Below are positions 38,454 through 47,177 of a stretch of DNA of 64,000 nucleotides, piece after piece (position 1 is the stretch's first letter; the number at the start of each line of letters is the position of its first letter). The notes below the pieces were generated by a model. It was given only the letters and a program-made list of their open reading frames with translations. It did no database searches and was not told where the DNA came from. Both the position numbers and the translations under genes were made by a program. Source of the stretch: a virus (taxonomy: Duplodnaviria > Caudoviricetes); the IMG/VR virus record IMGVR_UViG_3300037484_000235, positions 128,001 through 192,000 of that record; one strand, 5' to 3'.

Positions 38454-39023
38454 ATGGATTTCATCAAGAGCTGGAAGTTCGCTGTGATCGTGTTCGTTGT
38501 CATCGCCTCATTTGCCATCGTGGGTGTGATTTACGGGGTGGCTACACACACCGAACCCGGCCTCATGGAAGATGCCCCTCAATGGCGTCCTACTGATTTT
38601 CCACTGGCCACCTGTCAGCGGGCCTATGTGTCTGGCGCCACAACAGGTATTGATGTCCAAAAGGCGATCCAGACAATCAACTCCCGTTTGGGATTTCAGG
38701 CTTTCGTTAGCTCGGACTCTTCGTGCCGGGTGGACATCACTCTGGGTGTGCCTGCGGAGATGGGGTGGATGGACCCGGGTGGTGACGCCCGATTCACCGA
38801 CAGCATGAACACCATGCGGTGCGAGGTTCGGACCTCAAACGTACAGGGTGAGCTTCTGGGCCTGGTTCTACAGCACGAGCTTGGCCATTGCTTGGGTCTG
38901 GCTCATGATGACTACGAACAGAGCATCATGCGTCGGGTGCAGAACCACACCGTCCGTGGGTTGCCCCCGTGGATTTCAGACTCGGACAAGAGCCTTCTCG
39001 TGGGTCTTTACGGTCCAAGGTGA
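38454..39023 (+). CDS. Membrane-anchored matrixin/metzincin metalloprotease
   Basis: N-terminal TM helix; HELGHCLGLAH (HExxHxxGxxH) plus Met-turn SIM. Confidence 0.85.
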   Translation: MDFIKSWKFAVIVFVVIASFAIVGVIYGVATHTEPGLMEDAPQWRPTDFPLATCQRAYVSGATTGIDVQKAIQTINSRLGFQAFVSSDSSCRVDITLGVPAEMGWMDPGGDARFTDSMNTMRCEVRTSNVQGELLGLVLQHELGHCLGLAHDDYEQSIMRRVQNHTVRGLPPWISDSDKSLLVGLYGPR

Positions 39024-39178
39024 TGGGGTCGACTCAGAAACCCGCAATCGACACCAGCATGGCCATACCCACACATGAGGGGATCCGTATCTCAGTGCCT
39101 ATGGGGACCTTAATGCTGAGGTTTGACGTGCGTGAGTTGGTCCTACGCCTTACGATTCAACGGCTGAATCGGATGTGA
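39023..39178 (+). CDS. Possible small protein (51 aa)
   Basis: ATG overlaps the upstream TGA; MGSTQKPAIDTS... Confidence 0.35.
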   Translation: MGSTQKPAIDTSMAIPTHEGIRISVPMGTLMLRFDVRELVLRLTIQRLNRM

Positions 39179-39180
39179 TC

Positions 39181-39516
39181 TCAGTCGTCGTCGTCGTGTC
39201 GTGACTGGACTCGGACCCTACGAGCGCGGATCCTGGCTGACTTTCGGGTGATGGCGCGGGCGACGGGGTCTGGGTACTCGGGGTTCAGTCGCACCTCTCG
39301 ATCAACGGTGGCGGTGATGTTGCGGTGAGCGCGGTCGCCATTGTCGATGAGGTCCATGGATTCACACCATTTCCAGGCGGCCCACTCGTTCGCTTGGAGT
39401 GGGGTGGTGTACTCATCGATCAATTCGGGTTCGTGGGACATGACGAAGGCTTCCCCGATAGCTTCGAGGATTTCTTCAAAGCGCTCGTCAGTGACAGTGG
39501 ATTCCGAGATTGTCAT
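39181..39516 (-). CDS. Hypothetical protein (counter-oriented)
   Basis: 111 aa, GAGGAG SD, ATGA coupling to the upstream minus ORF. Confidence 0.7.
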   Translation of the reverse strand: MTISESTVTDERFEEILEAIGEAFVMSHEPELIDEYTTPLQANEWAAWKWCESMDLIDNGDRAHRNITATVDREVRLNPEYPDPVARAITRKSARIRARRVRVQSRHDDDD

Positions 39517-39908
39517 GGCGTCTCCTCGTAGTTGTAGCGTAGTGCCCAGGCTTCATCTTCGTTCGATCCAACATCAGCATGGTGCTTGTCGAACGCATAG
39601 CGGTTCTCGTAGGCAGCAAGGATTTGTTCCTCCTTACGCTGCTGCTCTTCGCCCCAGTGCGTCCCGTAGAACTCGGATCGGAAGTCATCCCACGCCTTGT
39701 CTTCCTCGCGTCCACGAGCTGAGCGCAGGCGGTCGCCCTTCTCGCGCCGCCCCTTAGCGACGACTTTGAACGTATTCAGGGGGACGCGGGCGAAGTGCTC
39801 GCAGTCGCACACCCAGCAGTAGTCCACGGCCTTCCCCAGCTGCGTACAGCCGTTCGGGTTGTGGACGGTAGGAACGTTGGCGCCCCATCGAGTCGTTGCG
39901 TTAGTCAT
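39513..39908 (-). CDS. Hypothetical protein with CxxCxC (counter-oriented)
   Basis: MTNATTRW...YCWVCDCEH; ATG 39908 preferred because the longer track ORF overlaps the tmRNA. Confidence 0.65.
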   Translation of the reverse strand: MTNATTRWGANVPTVHNPNGCTQLGKAVDYCWVCDCEHFARVPLNTFKVVAKGRREKGDRLRSARGREEDKAWDDFRSEFYGTHWGEEQQRKEEQILAAYENRYAFDKHHADVGSNEDEAWALRYNYEETP

Positions 39909-40033
39909 GCCTGAGAGACGCCCGGCCATTTGGGTTCCTGACAGAGACGGGGAACTTTTTGATCGGTCCGGTGATTTAGTGGTTGCACTCCGTTCTGGGT
40001 GGGCGTAAGAGCCTGGGGATAGGAAGTACCAAC

Positions 40034-40418
40034 GGGCTCGAAAGGTTTCGACAGGGAGGTGAAGAGAGAGGGTGCGCGCCTTGGTCGGTCGAAGGGCCAA
40101 GTAAAAAATCGACCTACGACAGCTGCCAACGATAACAGCTACGCTCTCACGGCAATCGCCGCGTGAGCCGTTCGCGGAGAGAGTTTCTCAGGTAGATCTC
40201 TTCGCGAGCGTAAAAGGAATCTGAGAGAACCTCGGGCCAGACCATCGAGGCTAAACATGGCGGTGACGGATAGACTCTGGGAAACCAAGAGCCTACCCGG
40301 TGGAAGGGCGCCAGGGACCGCAAGCCTACCGTAAGTGGCTTGGAATCCTGGAGACGCGCGTGGTGCCTGATCTTTAGTAATCGCTCTGGACGTGGTTTCA
40401 ATACCACCGAGTCCACCA
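40034..40418 (+). ncRNA. ssrA: tmRNA (one-piece), tag peptide ANDNSYALTAIAA
   Basis: 5' GGGCTCG pairs with 3' CGAGTCC-ACCA with a G3.U alanine-identity wobble; GGTTTCGAC near the 5' end; T-arm GTGG-TTTCAATA-CCAC; tag ORF at 40125-40166. Confidence 0.92.
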
Positions 40419-40426
40419 GTGGGGTA

Positions 40427-40462
40427 GGGGTAGGGGGTCAGCGTACACTGACCCCCTACCCC
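40427..40462 (+). other. Perfect 15-bp GC-rich hairpin 3' of the tmRNA
   Basis: GGGGTAGGGGGTCAG-CGTACA-CTGACCCCCTACCCC; no U-tract. Confidence 0.8.
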
Positions 40463-40490
40463 CAAGGAACCCTGCCCAAAGTCCACCACA

Positions 40491-40949
40491 TTGAACACCA
40501 CACCCTACTCGGAGAAGCTCCTCGTTCAGGCACTGGGCGTGGTCCTTTGCAGTGGGATTGTATTCAAACAGAACGCTCGTCCCAGGTTCCTCAAGAATCC
40601 GGCCACCGGGACGAATCTTGAGCTTGACGTGTACCTTCCAAAGCTGCGTCTGGCTTTTGAGGTGCAGGGTCCGCAGCACCGCAAGGATGCCCAGCAGGTG
40701 GCTCGGGATGCCCTCAAGGCGGGTCTGGCGGAGGCCCGTGGGGTCAAGGTCATCCCCTTGCGCCTCGACGAGCTACGGGCTGATGGTGTGTGGCGGTGCC
40801 TTCATGCGAGGGCCCGGGAGATCGGTGTCTCCCCGTGGAAGGTTGTGCAGCCGCTCGGGTTCATCCGTGAAGGGATGCAGCTTCAACACGAGGCTGCGAC
40901 CAAGTACACCGCTCACCTTCTTGAGAAGTACGGACCGTTAGAAGTCTGA
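40491..40949 (+). CDS. Free-standing PD-(D/E)XK (Vsr/DUF559-like) endonuclease
   Basis: RPRFLKNP.TG.NLELDVYLPKLRLAFEVQGPQH...RD..K; start uncertain (TTG). Confidence 0.75.
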   Translation: MNTTPYSEKLLVQALGVVLCSGIVFKQNARPRFLKNPATGTNLELDVYLPKLRLAFEVQGPQHRKDAQQVARDALKAGLAEARGVKVIPLRLDELRADGVWRCLHARAREIGVSPWKVVQPLGFIREGMQLQHEAATKYTAHLLEKYGPLEV

Positions 40950-40964
40950 TAGTCCGCCAATGGC

Positions 40965-41582
40965 ATGGCGTCCCTCAGGTCCAAGGTGATTCGACTAGCA
41001 CACTCCCGGCCGGAGCTTCGCCCGGCTCTTCTTCCTCTGTTGAAGGCGGCTTCCGAAGAGGAGAACGAGAGTGAGGCGCAGGCCAGGGCTATTCTAGAGA
41101 AGAACCTGGAGCCCCTCAAGAGAGGCTTCTGGAAGCCCCCACACAATCTGGCCCTCAACTTTGCACTGATGGGCGCGAACCTGTGGACGTTCACCATCCT
41201 CCCGCTCTTCTGGAAGAAGCAGGGTTATCGGGCTGACCTCAACGGGATTGTGATCCAACCCCTCTGGCGGTCCGTGCAGAGTGGCACCACCCTCGGGTAT
41301 AGGAATACGTCGGGATTTGCTATCCTGACTCCTGATGTTGCCCAGAGCATCGTGAGTCTGATTGGACGGGCGGAGTCAATCCAGGACACAGTCCGGGAAG
41401 AGCTTCGGCTCATCGAGACTCACTTCGGGATTGAGATTCCAAGTCAGATCAAGACGTCCCTTGCATCTACCGACATGCTGAAGGTTGCAAAACGCCGTTG
41501 GCGTGTGGACACCCTCAAGCTCAAGAAGCGCCTCATCCCATTTGATGGCAGCAAGCCTAGAGACCTGGGCTCGTTCGATTGA
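40965..41582 (+). CDS. Putative head-cargo protein with the shared leader
   Basis: MASLRSKVIRLAHSRPELRPALLPLLKAA-S. Confidence 0.7.
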   Translation: MASLRSKVIRLAHSRPELRPALLPLLKAASEEENESEAQARAILEKNLEPLKRGFWKPPHNLALNFALMGANLWTFTILPLFWKKQGYRADLNGIVIQPLWRSVQSGTTLGYRNTSGFAILTPDVAQSIVSLIGRAESIQDTVREELRLIETHFGIEIPSQIKTSLASTDMLKVAKRRWRVDTLKLKKRLIPFDGSKPRDLGSFD

Positions 41583-41613
41583 ACCAACCTCGCGTCGCAT
41601 AGGACCCTCAAAA

Positions 41614-41937
41614 ATGGCTACTCTCTCAAGCTCTGCTTCTCTTCGACTTGCTGATGATACGAGCAGGACAATGCTCTTGCCCATTTCCACTGACGCTGGT
41701 GCTGCTGCACTCGTTGTGTCGGTGCGTTTCGGTCCATTCGTTCCTGGAGATCCCATCATCGTCGTATCTGACGCGGCGTTTCACATGGTAGCTGGCACCG
41801 TGACGATTGATGCGACCGTCGCAAGTCCAAAATTCCTCGCAGGGCTCTATGCTTTTACGATGCCTGATGATTGCACCCACGTGGCGATGATCCAGTCTGT
41901 AGCTGGTGCTGCGGTTGGCCAAGCATACCGTGGCTGA
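41614..41937 (+). CDS. Small beta-rich putative virion protein
   Basis: ATG 41614, 107 aa. Confidence 0.5.
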   Translation: MATLSSSASLRLADDTSRTMLLPISTDAGAAALVVSVRFGPFVPGDPIIVVSDAAFHMVAGTVTIDATVASPKFLAGLYAFTMPDDCTHVAMIQSVAGAAVGQAYRG

Positions 41938-41949
41938 GCGAAGAGAACC

Positions 41950-43395
41950 ATGCCCTCTTTCATCGACACTGCCCTCCGCCGTTACGCGTCTGGTTTTTCC
42001 GCGCGTAGTTCCGGGAATGGGCGTCGGCCGGGGCGTGGCTCGCGCAGGGGCGGGGGCTGGGGAGTCAATCCTTCGCTGCTCGACGCCCTATTCGGCGACG
42101 GTAGTGGTCCGCGCGTGTTGCACGTCACTGGCGACAGCACGTCCAACGATCCGATCGACTGGGCGTACAAGCTCGGCGTGCTGCTGGCCGCTCACCGGCC
42201 TGACTACGCCCTTCACTACGCCTTGTGGAACGCCGCCTCGCAGCGAATGGGGTCAACGGCGCAACTACAGAACCCGTCTGGTGCCGCGCGAAGCAGCGCT
42301 CTAGGCAGCACGGCGGCAGCGCGATTCAATGCGACGATCAACACCACCGCACTCGTCGATCTCGATGTGCGAGTGAAGCTCGCGGCCACGGACTGGACCC
42401 CGGCCGCGATTGCTGCGGTGTGTGGTGCTGACGCAGCCGACCCAAATCGTTTGTTCTGGTTTCAGATCCTGACGAACGGCAAGCTACGACTCTCGTGGTT
42501 TCCTCTGGGCACCAACGCCTCTGCGATCAATGTCGACTCAACCATAGCGACTGGCGTCGCCGATGGCACTGCCAAAGTCATCCGCGCGACGCTCGACGTT
42601 GACAACGGCGCCGCCGGATACACCGTCACGTTCTACACGAGCGCGACCAACAACTCGTGGGTGCAGCTCGGCGATCCGGTCGTCGGCGGCGCCCCAACGA
42701 ATCTGCACGGAGTCGCAGCGAGTAATCTCACCGTGGGTGGACGAGGCACCACCAACGGCGTGCCCGGCGTGTACTACTGGGCCGAGGTGCGGGACTCCAT
42801 TGACAGCGTGGGGGTGACGGCGCTGTGGGACGCGAGCGACTATGCTGGCAGCGGGACCATTACGGGCGTCGCGGGCGAGACATGGACGCCAACGGGTAGT
42901 CCCGTCACGACAGGTGCCTTTGCACTGCGCGTGATCAACGCGTCGCAAGCTGGCCAGACGTCAGTTGGGTGGGCCACGTCGCCCGCTTTTGAGGGCGGAC
43001 ACCCCGTCGCACCGGCTGTCCATCTCGTGAATCTTGGACACAACGATGGCGCGGCGGTAGACATCGTGAACTATACAGCACTCATCGACGATCTCGTGAC
43101 GCGCTGGCCGTCCGCAACTCGTGTACTCGTGCGGCAAAATGATCAGCCTCCGACGGCCGCAAATCCCACGGAGCACGCGATTCGGCAAGAGTTGATTCGC
43201 TCCCTCGCGGTGTCACGGCGATACGAGCTGCTCGACGCTGATGCCTCGCTGCGATCATACACGGCGGGCGACTGGACGACCGATCTCATGGAGGATTGGG
43301 CGGGCGGCAATGTGCACATGAATGCTGCGGGCGGGACTTGGATCGCAGCCACCTTTGGCGCGCGTTTTGTGGCACCTCGGGTGTTTGTACCATGA
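41950..43395 (+). CDS. SGNH/GDSL hydrolase interrupted by a LamG/ConA-like domain
   Basis: VTGDSTS (block I), VNLGHND (block III), DW.GGNVHMNAAG (block V); the insert has LDVRVK..ATDW, FWFQI..NGKLRL and LTVGG. Confidence 0.7.
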   Translation: MPSFIDTALRRYASGFSARSSGNGRRPGRGSRRGGGWGVNPSLLDALFGDGSGPRVLHVTGDSTSNDPIDWAYKLGVLLAAHRPDYALHYALWNAASQRMGSTAQLQNPSGAARSSALGSTAAARFNATINTTALVDLDVRVKLAATDWTPAAIAAVCGADAADPNRLFWFQILTNGKLRLSWFPLGTNASAINVDSTIATGVADGTAKVIRATLDVDNGAAGYTVTFYTSATNNSWVQLGDPVVGGAPTNLHGVAASNLTVGGRGTTNGVPGVYYWAEVRDSIDSVGVTALWDASDYAGSGTITGVAGETWTPTGSPVTTGAFALRVINASQAGQTSVGWATSPAFEGGHPVAPAVHLVNLGHNDGAAVDIVNYTALIDDLVTRWPSATRVLVRQNDQPPTAANPTEHAIRQELIRSLAVSRRYELLDADASLRSYTAGDWTTDLMEDWAGGNVHMNAAGGTWIAATFGARFVAPRVFVP

Positions 43396-43443
43396 CCCCA
43401 CACACGACGATCAACGCCTGACAATTTCAAGGAAACTAGGACC

Positions 43444-44526
43444 ATGACCACCACCAAGATTGCAATGCCTCGCGAGCGCCACTTCTCCTACAACGACCCC
43501 AAGGCTCCAGGGTCTCCGTGGGGTTCAACTCAGTCGCTTTACGATCATCCCACACTGCGGGGCGTCCGTATCGTGAGCACAGCAAGTCATGGTGGTATGG
43601 GTATCGCGGGTGGTATTGCCCGCAAGGTGCTCTCTCCGGCTGCGTACAAGATCGGGGAGAAGTACGGTGGGTACGTTTGGTTTGAAGAGGACGTTGGGAT
43701 CAGCATCCCCTACTACGAGCACCCTGAGTGGTATCCGCTCCTGGTGGGGAAGCCACTTACGGATGCTGTGAAGATGGACCTGGAGCGTAGTATCCGCCAA
43801 TCGTACCCTCGGTACTTCAAGATGCGGGAAGAGGGCTACAAGCTTCCTGAAGCACTTCGGGTCGGTGACACCCTCCGTGTCATTCTGCCAATCCATCTCT
43901 CTCGTGGACCTGGGCTTGCGGTTGGGGATTTGCTTTTGGTCACGAAGCTGACTGCCACGTATTTCTACGCATCGTCGCCCACAAGGACGAGCTTGCGGAT
44001 CAAGCTCCCTGTTGGGTACTACCTGGGTGCAACTGGGTGGGGCACCACGGAAGACAAGATCTACGTAGAAAAGGTGCCAAGCCCAGCTCGGGTCGCTGCC
44101 CTTAAGCTATCTGGAAGGAAGGAGAAGCCGCCAGAGACGCATGCTGTGCGCATGGAAAAGATCCTCAAGGATTTCGACAAATCAGTAGCCAAGCGCTGGC
44201 CTGGTGTAAAGCATGAGAAGGCGTCCTTTGGAAAGATTGAGGATGACACACCGATCATGCCTTGGGTAGTGGCGCAGTCTGTTATCGAGGAGGCCCAAAA
44301 GGAAACGGGGGCCTCGTTGAATGTCCGTAATCTAGTGCGGAGTCTCTCAACTCGGGCACAGACCACCTACGAGCACAATGAGGATTTTCGTAAGAAGGTC
44401 CGTGGTCGTGGGGACTCTGGTCGTGATACTCTCTATGCTTTTATGCGACACTGGCTAGCAGCCTACCTTAAGAAAGAGCAACCCGACGTCTTTCGAAAGC
44501 TTCCAGGTGACTGGTTTTCAAGGTAG
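43444..44526 (+). CDS. Multidomain protein, N-terminal DUF7007-like domain
   Basis: SPWGSTQ...IVSTASHGGM...WFEED; TKIA and RVAA sites. Confidence 0.55.
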   Translation: MTTTKIAMPRERHFSYNDPKAPGSPWGSTQSLYDHPTLRGVRIVSTASHGGMGIAGGIARKVLSPAAYKIGEKYGGYVWFEEDVGISIPYYEHPEWYPLLVGKPLTDAVKMDLERSIRQSYPRYFKMREEGYKLPEALRVGDTLRVILPIHLSRGPGLAVGDLLLVTKLTATYFYASSPTRTSLRIKLPVGYYLGATGWGTTEDKIYVEKVPSPARVAALKLSGRKEKPPETHAVRMEKILKDFDKSVAKRWPGVKHEKASFGKIEDDTPIMPWVVAQSVIEEAQKETGASLNVRNLVRSLSTRAQTTYEHNEDFRKKVRGRGDSGRDTLYAFMRHWLAAYLKKEQPDVFRKLPGDWFSR

Positions 44527-44580
44527 GTAAGGCAACCTTGGTAGAGTATCCCCGGAGACACAACCTCCGGAGGCTCTGCA

Positions 44581-45750
44581 ATGGCTGCTGATACCGCTGA
44601 GATCAAATTCGTTCCTGGGACGTTCCAGTCATTTCGAACTACCACCAAGATTCACCTTGGGAAGATCATCAAAGACCTCAAGTTAGGTGATGTCGTCCAA
44701 TTTGATGGACAGACACTCAAGGTCGAAGGGGTGGATTACGCCTACCCAGAGTTCCGAGCTGCTTTCAAAGCTGGTGTCGGCTGGGCTGTTCCAGAAGTGG
44801 ACAACATCTCAAGCTACACGGCCAAATCCACGGATGCAAAGGTGCGTCCCGCTCTGGATTCCAAGAAGAATCAAGGTAAACACGTTCCCATCACGGTCTC
44901 CGATGATGAGAAGGATGTTGGCCCGGCTCGTCGTGTGGTCAAGGCGGATGATCCAGACGAGGCAAAGGTGGTCGGCTCCTTCAGTAAGAAGATCCAGAAC
45001 ATGGATGACGTAGAGAAGCCTGTTGGTCCGTCGACCAAGAGAGCAATGGAAGTGAAGTCTGACTCAGTCGGCAACGAGGATGCTGTCACCGTTGGGAAGA
45101 TTCGTACTCCCGCAGTGATGAAGACAGTGGTCTCTGATGGGGCGCAAGCAGCTCGCGAGGCTGCAAGGCTTGATGAGGTCCCACCGCCCAGAGCTATTCT
45201 CAACTCCCCAAAGGGTGAGATTCACGCGGCCGAGTCCGAGGATGTGGGGTCGATCATTGACTCCCTCAATCCGGAAGACCACGCACGTATGGTGCGGGAT
45301 CAGCGCAAGGCACAGCCCCCCAAGACGGAAGCGCAAGACCACGGGTCTGTGGATTGGGCAAGTCAGGTGGCAGAGGCCAGACAGATTCTGGCAGAAGATG
45401 CACGCAGGTGGGAGGCAAAGGTGGCAGAGGCCAGACAGATTCTGGCAGAAGATGCACGCAGGCCGGCAGTAACAACAGCCTCTCCTGTTTCTGTAAGGAA
45501 GGAAGCCCCCAAGCACCCACGAACCCGCCCGGTTACAGTCGAGGAAGTCATTATGCGGGGAACTGACATCGACCTTGGTGACGGGGTCATGTGGGACAAG
45601 AATCTTCATTGGAAGACGCGGGCCAAGATTGCGGCCGAGCAGTACAGGGATAACCCGAAGATCTTGGCGGCTATTCGCCAAGCGGAGTCCCCAGCGGTGA
45701 ACGCCCTGATCTCCGAACGCATCACGGCCATCACTGGCAAAGCGGCCTAA
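44581..45750 (+). CDS. Hypothetical protein with an internal 18-aa duplication
   Basis: 389-aa ORF; VAEARQILAEDARR occurs twice. Confidence 0.65.
   Translation: MAADTAEIKFVPGTFQSFRTTTKIHLGKIIKDLKLGDVVQFDGQTLKVEGVDYAYPEFRAAFKAGVGWAVPEVDNISSYTAKSTDAKVRPALDSKKNQGKHVPITVSDDEKDVGPARRVVKADDPDEAKVVGSFSKKIQNMDDVEKPVGPSTKRAMEVKSDSVGNEDAVTVGKIRTPAVMKTVVSDGAQAAREAARLDEVPPPRAILNSPKGEIHAAESEDVGSIIDSLNPEDHARMVRDQRKAQPPKTEAQDHGSVDWASQVAEARQILAEDARRWEAKVAEARQILAEDARRPAVTTASPVSVRKEAPKHPRTRPVTVEEVIMRGTDIDLGDGVMWDKNLHWKTRAKIAAEQYRDNPKILAAIRQAESPAVNALISERITAITGKAA
45365..45462 (+). repeat. Perfect 44-bp direct repeat, 54-bp period
   Basis: AGGTGGCAGAGGCCAGACAGATTCTGGCAGAAGATGCACGCAGG at 45365 and 45419. Confidence 0.95.
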
Positions 45751-45816
45751 TAGGGCTCGTTCGGTAACTCTCGGATAATGTTGGCAGGTGAGGAGCACCT
45801 TGCTTCTCCAGCCAAC

Positions 45817-46590
45817 ATGAAACGAACTAAGACAGCTTCGAGTCAGGTCGCATGGTCCCTTCTTGCGGAGGGTGTGACCCAGGCTCGTGTAGACATCCAT
45901 CGTTTGAGGCTCTTGATCGATAGAGCACAAGCCATGGTCGAGAAGTCCGAGGAACGAGAGCACATTTGGCAGGTGGCAGGTGACGTGATTCAGGGGATCC
46001 CTGATACGTTGTCCTCTGCGGAACGTGCTCTTGATCGAACCTCCTACGCCCTATCCGTTATGGGAGAGGATTTCCTACGTGGCAGATTATCATTTGATGA
46101 TCGTGCCAGAGTCGATGGCGCCGTGAAAACTTCCCCGTTCTCAGGAAATCGTGGGAAGGACTCAATGGCGTCCAGGGTAGCCCGTCGGTATCTTCTGGTT
46201 CAGGGTGTTGGTGGGAGGGGCTCAATGGAGTCCCGGGTGTCTCGCCGATACCTTTTGGCTCAGGGTGTTGCCCCAAGCGCAGAGGCCTACTTCTTCCACA
46301 ATCCGGAAATGAGGGAGGTCAGGCAACTCAGTGAGTCCAAAGCTATCTCTAATGACACCGGTGTGGCCGTCAATACGGTAAAGGGGTTGGAGTCTCCGGA
46401 TAGAACTGTATCCAAGGCACGTAGTGAGTCAAACAAGGCTCCGCCTACTCCGGATCAGATCAAGAGGATGCCAGGGGGTGCTGAGTTCTCCACTCTCAAT
46501 CGGTTCCTTGTGGAGACAGGACAGCCTGGGGTTCACGGTGTACCCGAAGGTCATTGGGAAGTCCCTAAACACCCTAAGTTGAAGCGGTGA
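45817..46590 (+). CDS. Putative head-cargo protein with a duplicated SRVxRRYL helix
   Basis: MKRTKTA-SS; MASRVARRYLLVQG and MESRVSRRYLLAQG. Confidence 0.6.
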   Translation: MKRTKTASSQVAWSLLAEGVTQARVDIHRLRLLIDRAQAMVEKSEEREHIWQVAGDVIQGIPDTLSSAERALDRTSYALSVMGEDFLRGRLSFDDRARVDGAVKTSPFSGNRGKDSMASRVARRYLLVQGVGGRGSMESRVSRRYLLAQGVAPSAEAYFFHNPEMREVRQLSESKAISNDTGVAVNTVKGLESPDRTVSKARSESNKAPPTPDQIKRMPGGAEFSTLNRFLVETGQPGVHGVPEGHWEVPKHPKLKR

Positions 46591-46597
46591 GGCCCTT

Positions 46598-47170
46598 ATG
46601 TCTACCGCAATGAATCTCACAAGCAATGAACTCGATGTCCTCAAGGCGGGAGGCAGGCTTGCAGCTACGGCTGGTCCTCTTCTTCGGGCAAGTGGTTGGC
46701 GTGCAGGTCAGTGGGTCATGTACGCCACAACCCAATCCCCTCCTGTGTCTGAGTTCACCGTTGAGAAATCCAACGGAATCTACGCGGCCGGATTCATCCT
46801 GTGCGAGAGTGAAAACTATTCTGACCCCAGGCGCTCCACGTACCGAAACTACACGTCCTATCAGAACGCTGGTTCCTTTGCTTCGGCTTCGTCCGGAGCT
46901 AGCGTCATCACTATTCTGACGGACGGCGGGCGATATCTCTTTCAGCTTTACGAGACAATCGCCCTGGACGCCTTTGGGGTTCGAACCGGTGGGCCCGCAA
47001 TTTACAGCGTGAATCAGCAGCTCAAGGTCAGTGAAAACGGGATTCTCTGCCAGGATCTGGATGCCTCTCTTATTTTGGCTACGGGCGGTACCAGTGTGAT
47101 TGAGGTGGGTGTGTGCAGCAAGGTGCCAACTACCGATGATCCGCGTCTTGGGCTGGACAATCAGTTCTGA
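46598..47170 (+). CDS. Paralogue of the head decoration protein
   Basis: QLYET...YSVNQQLKVSENGIL...VGVCSKVP aligns with RLYET...YLTGQELISSMNGYL...LGVLKMVP. Confidence 0.6.
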   Translation: MSTAMNLTSNELDVLKAGGRLAATAGPLLRASGWRAGQWVMYATTQSPPVSEFTVEKSNGIYAAGFILCESENYSDPRRSTYRNYTSYQNAGSFASASSGASVITILTDGGRYLFQLYETIALDAFGVRTGGPAIYSVNQQLKVSENGILCQDLDASLILATGGTSVIEVGVCSKVPTTDDPRLGLDNQF

Positions 47171-47177
47171 GTACACC

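Noticed and set aside
39909-40100. N-terminal extension of the minus ORF to 40100
   Set aside because: It overlaps the tmRNA 5' domain and the divergent promoter region; ATG 39908 is more plausible
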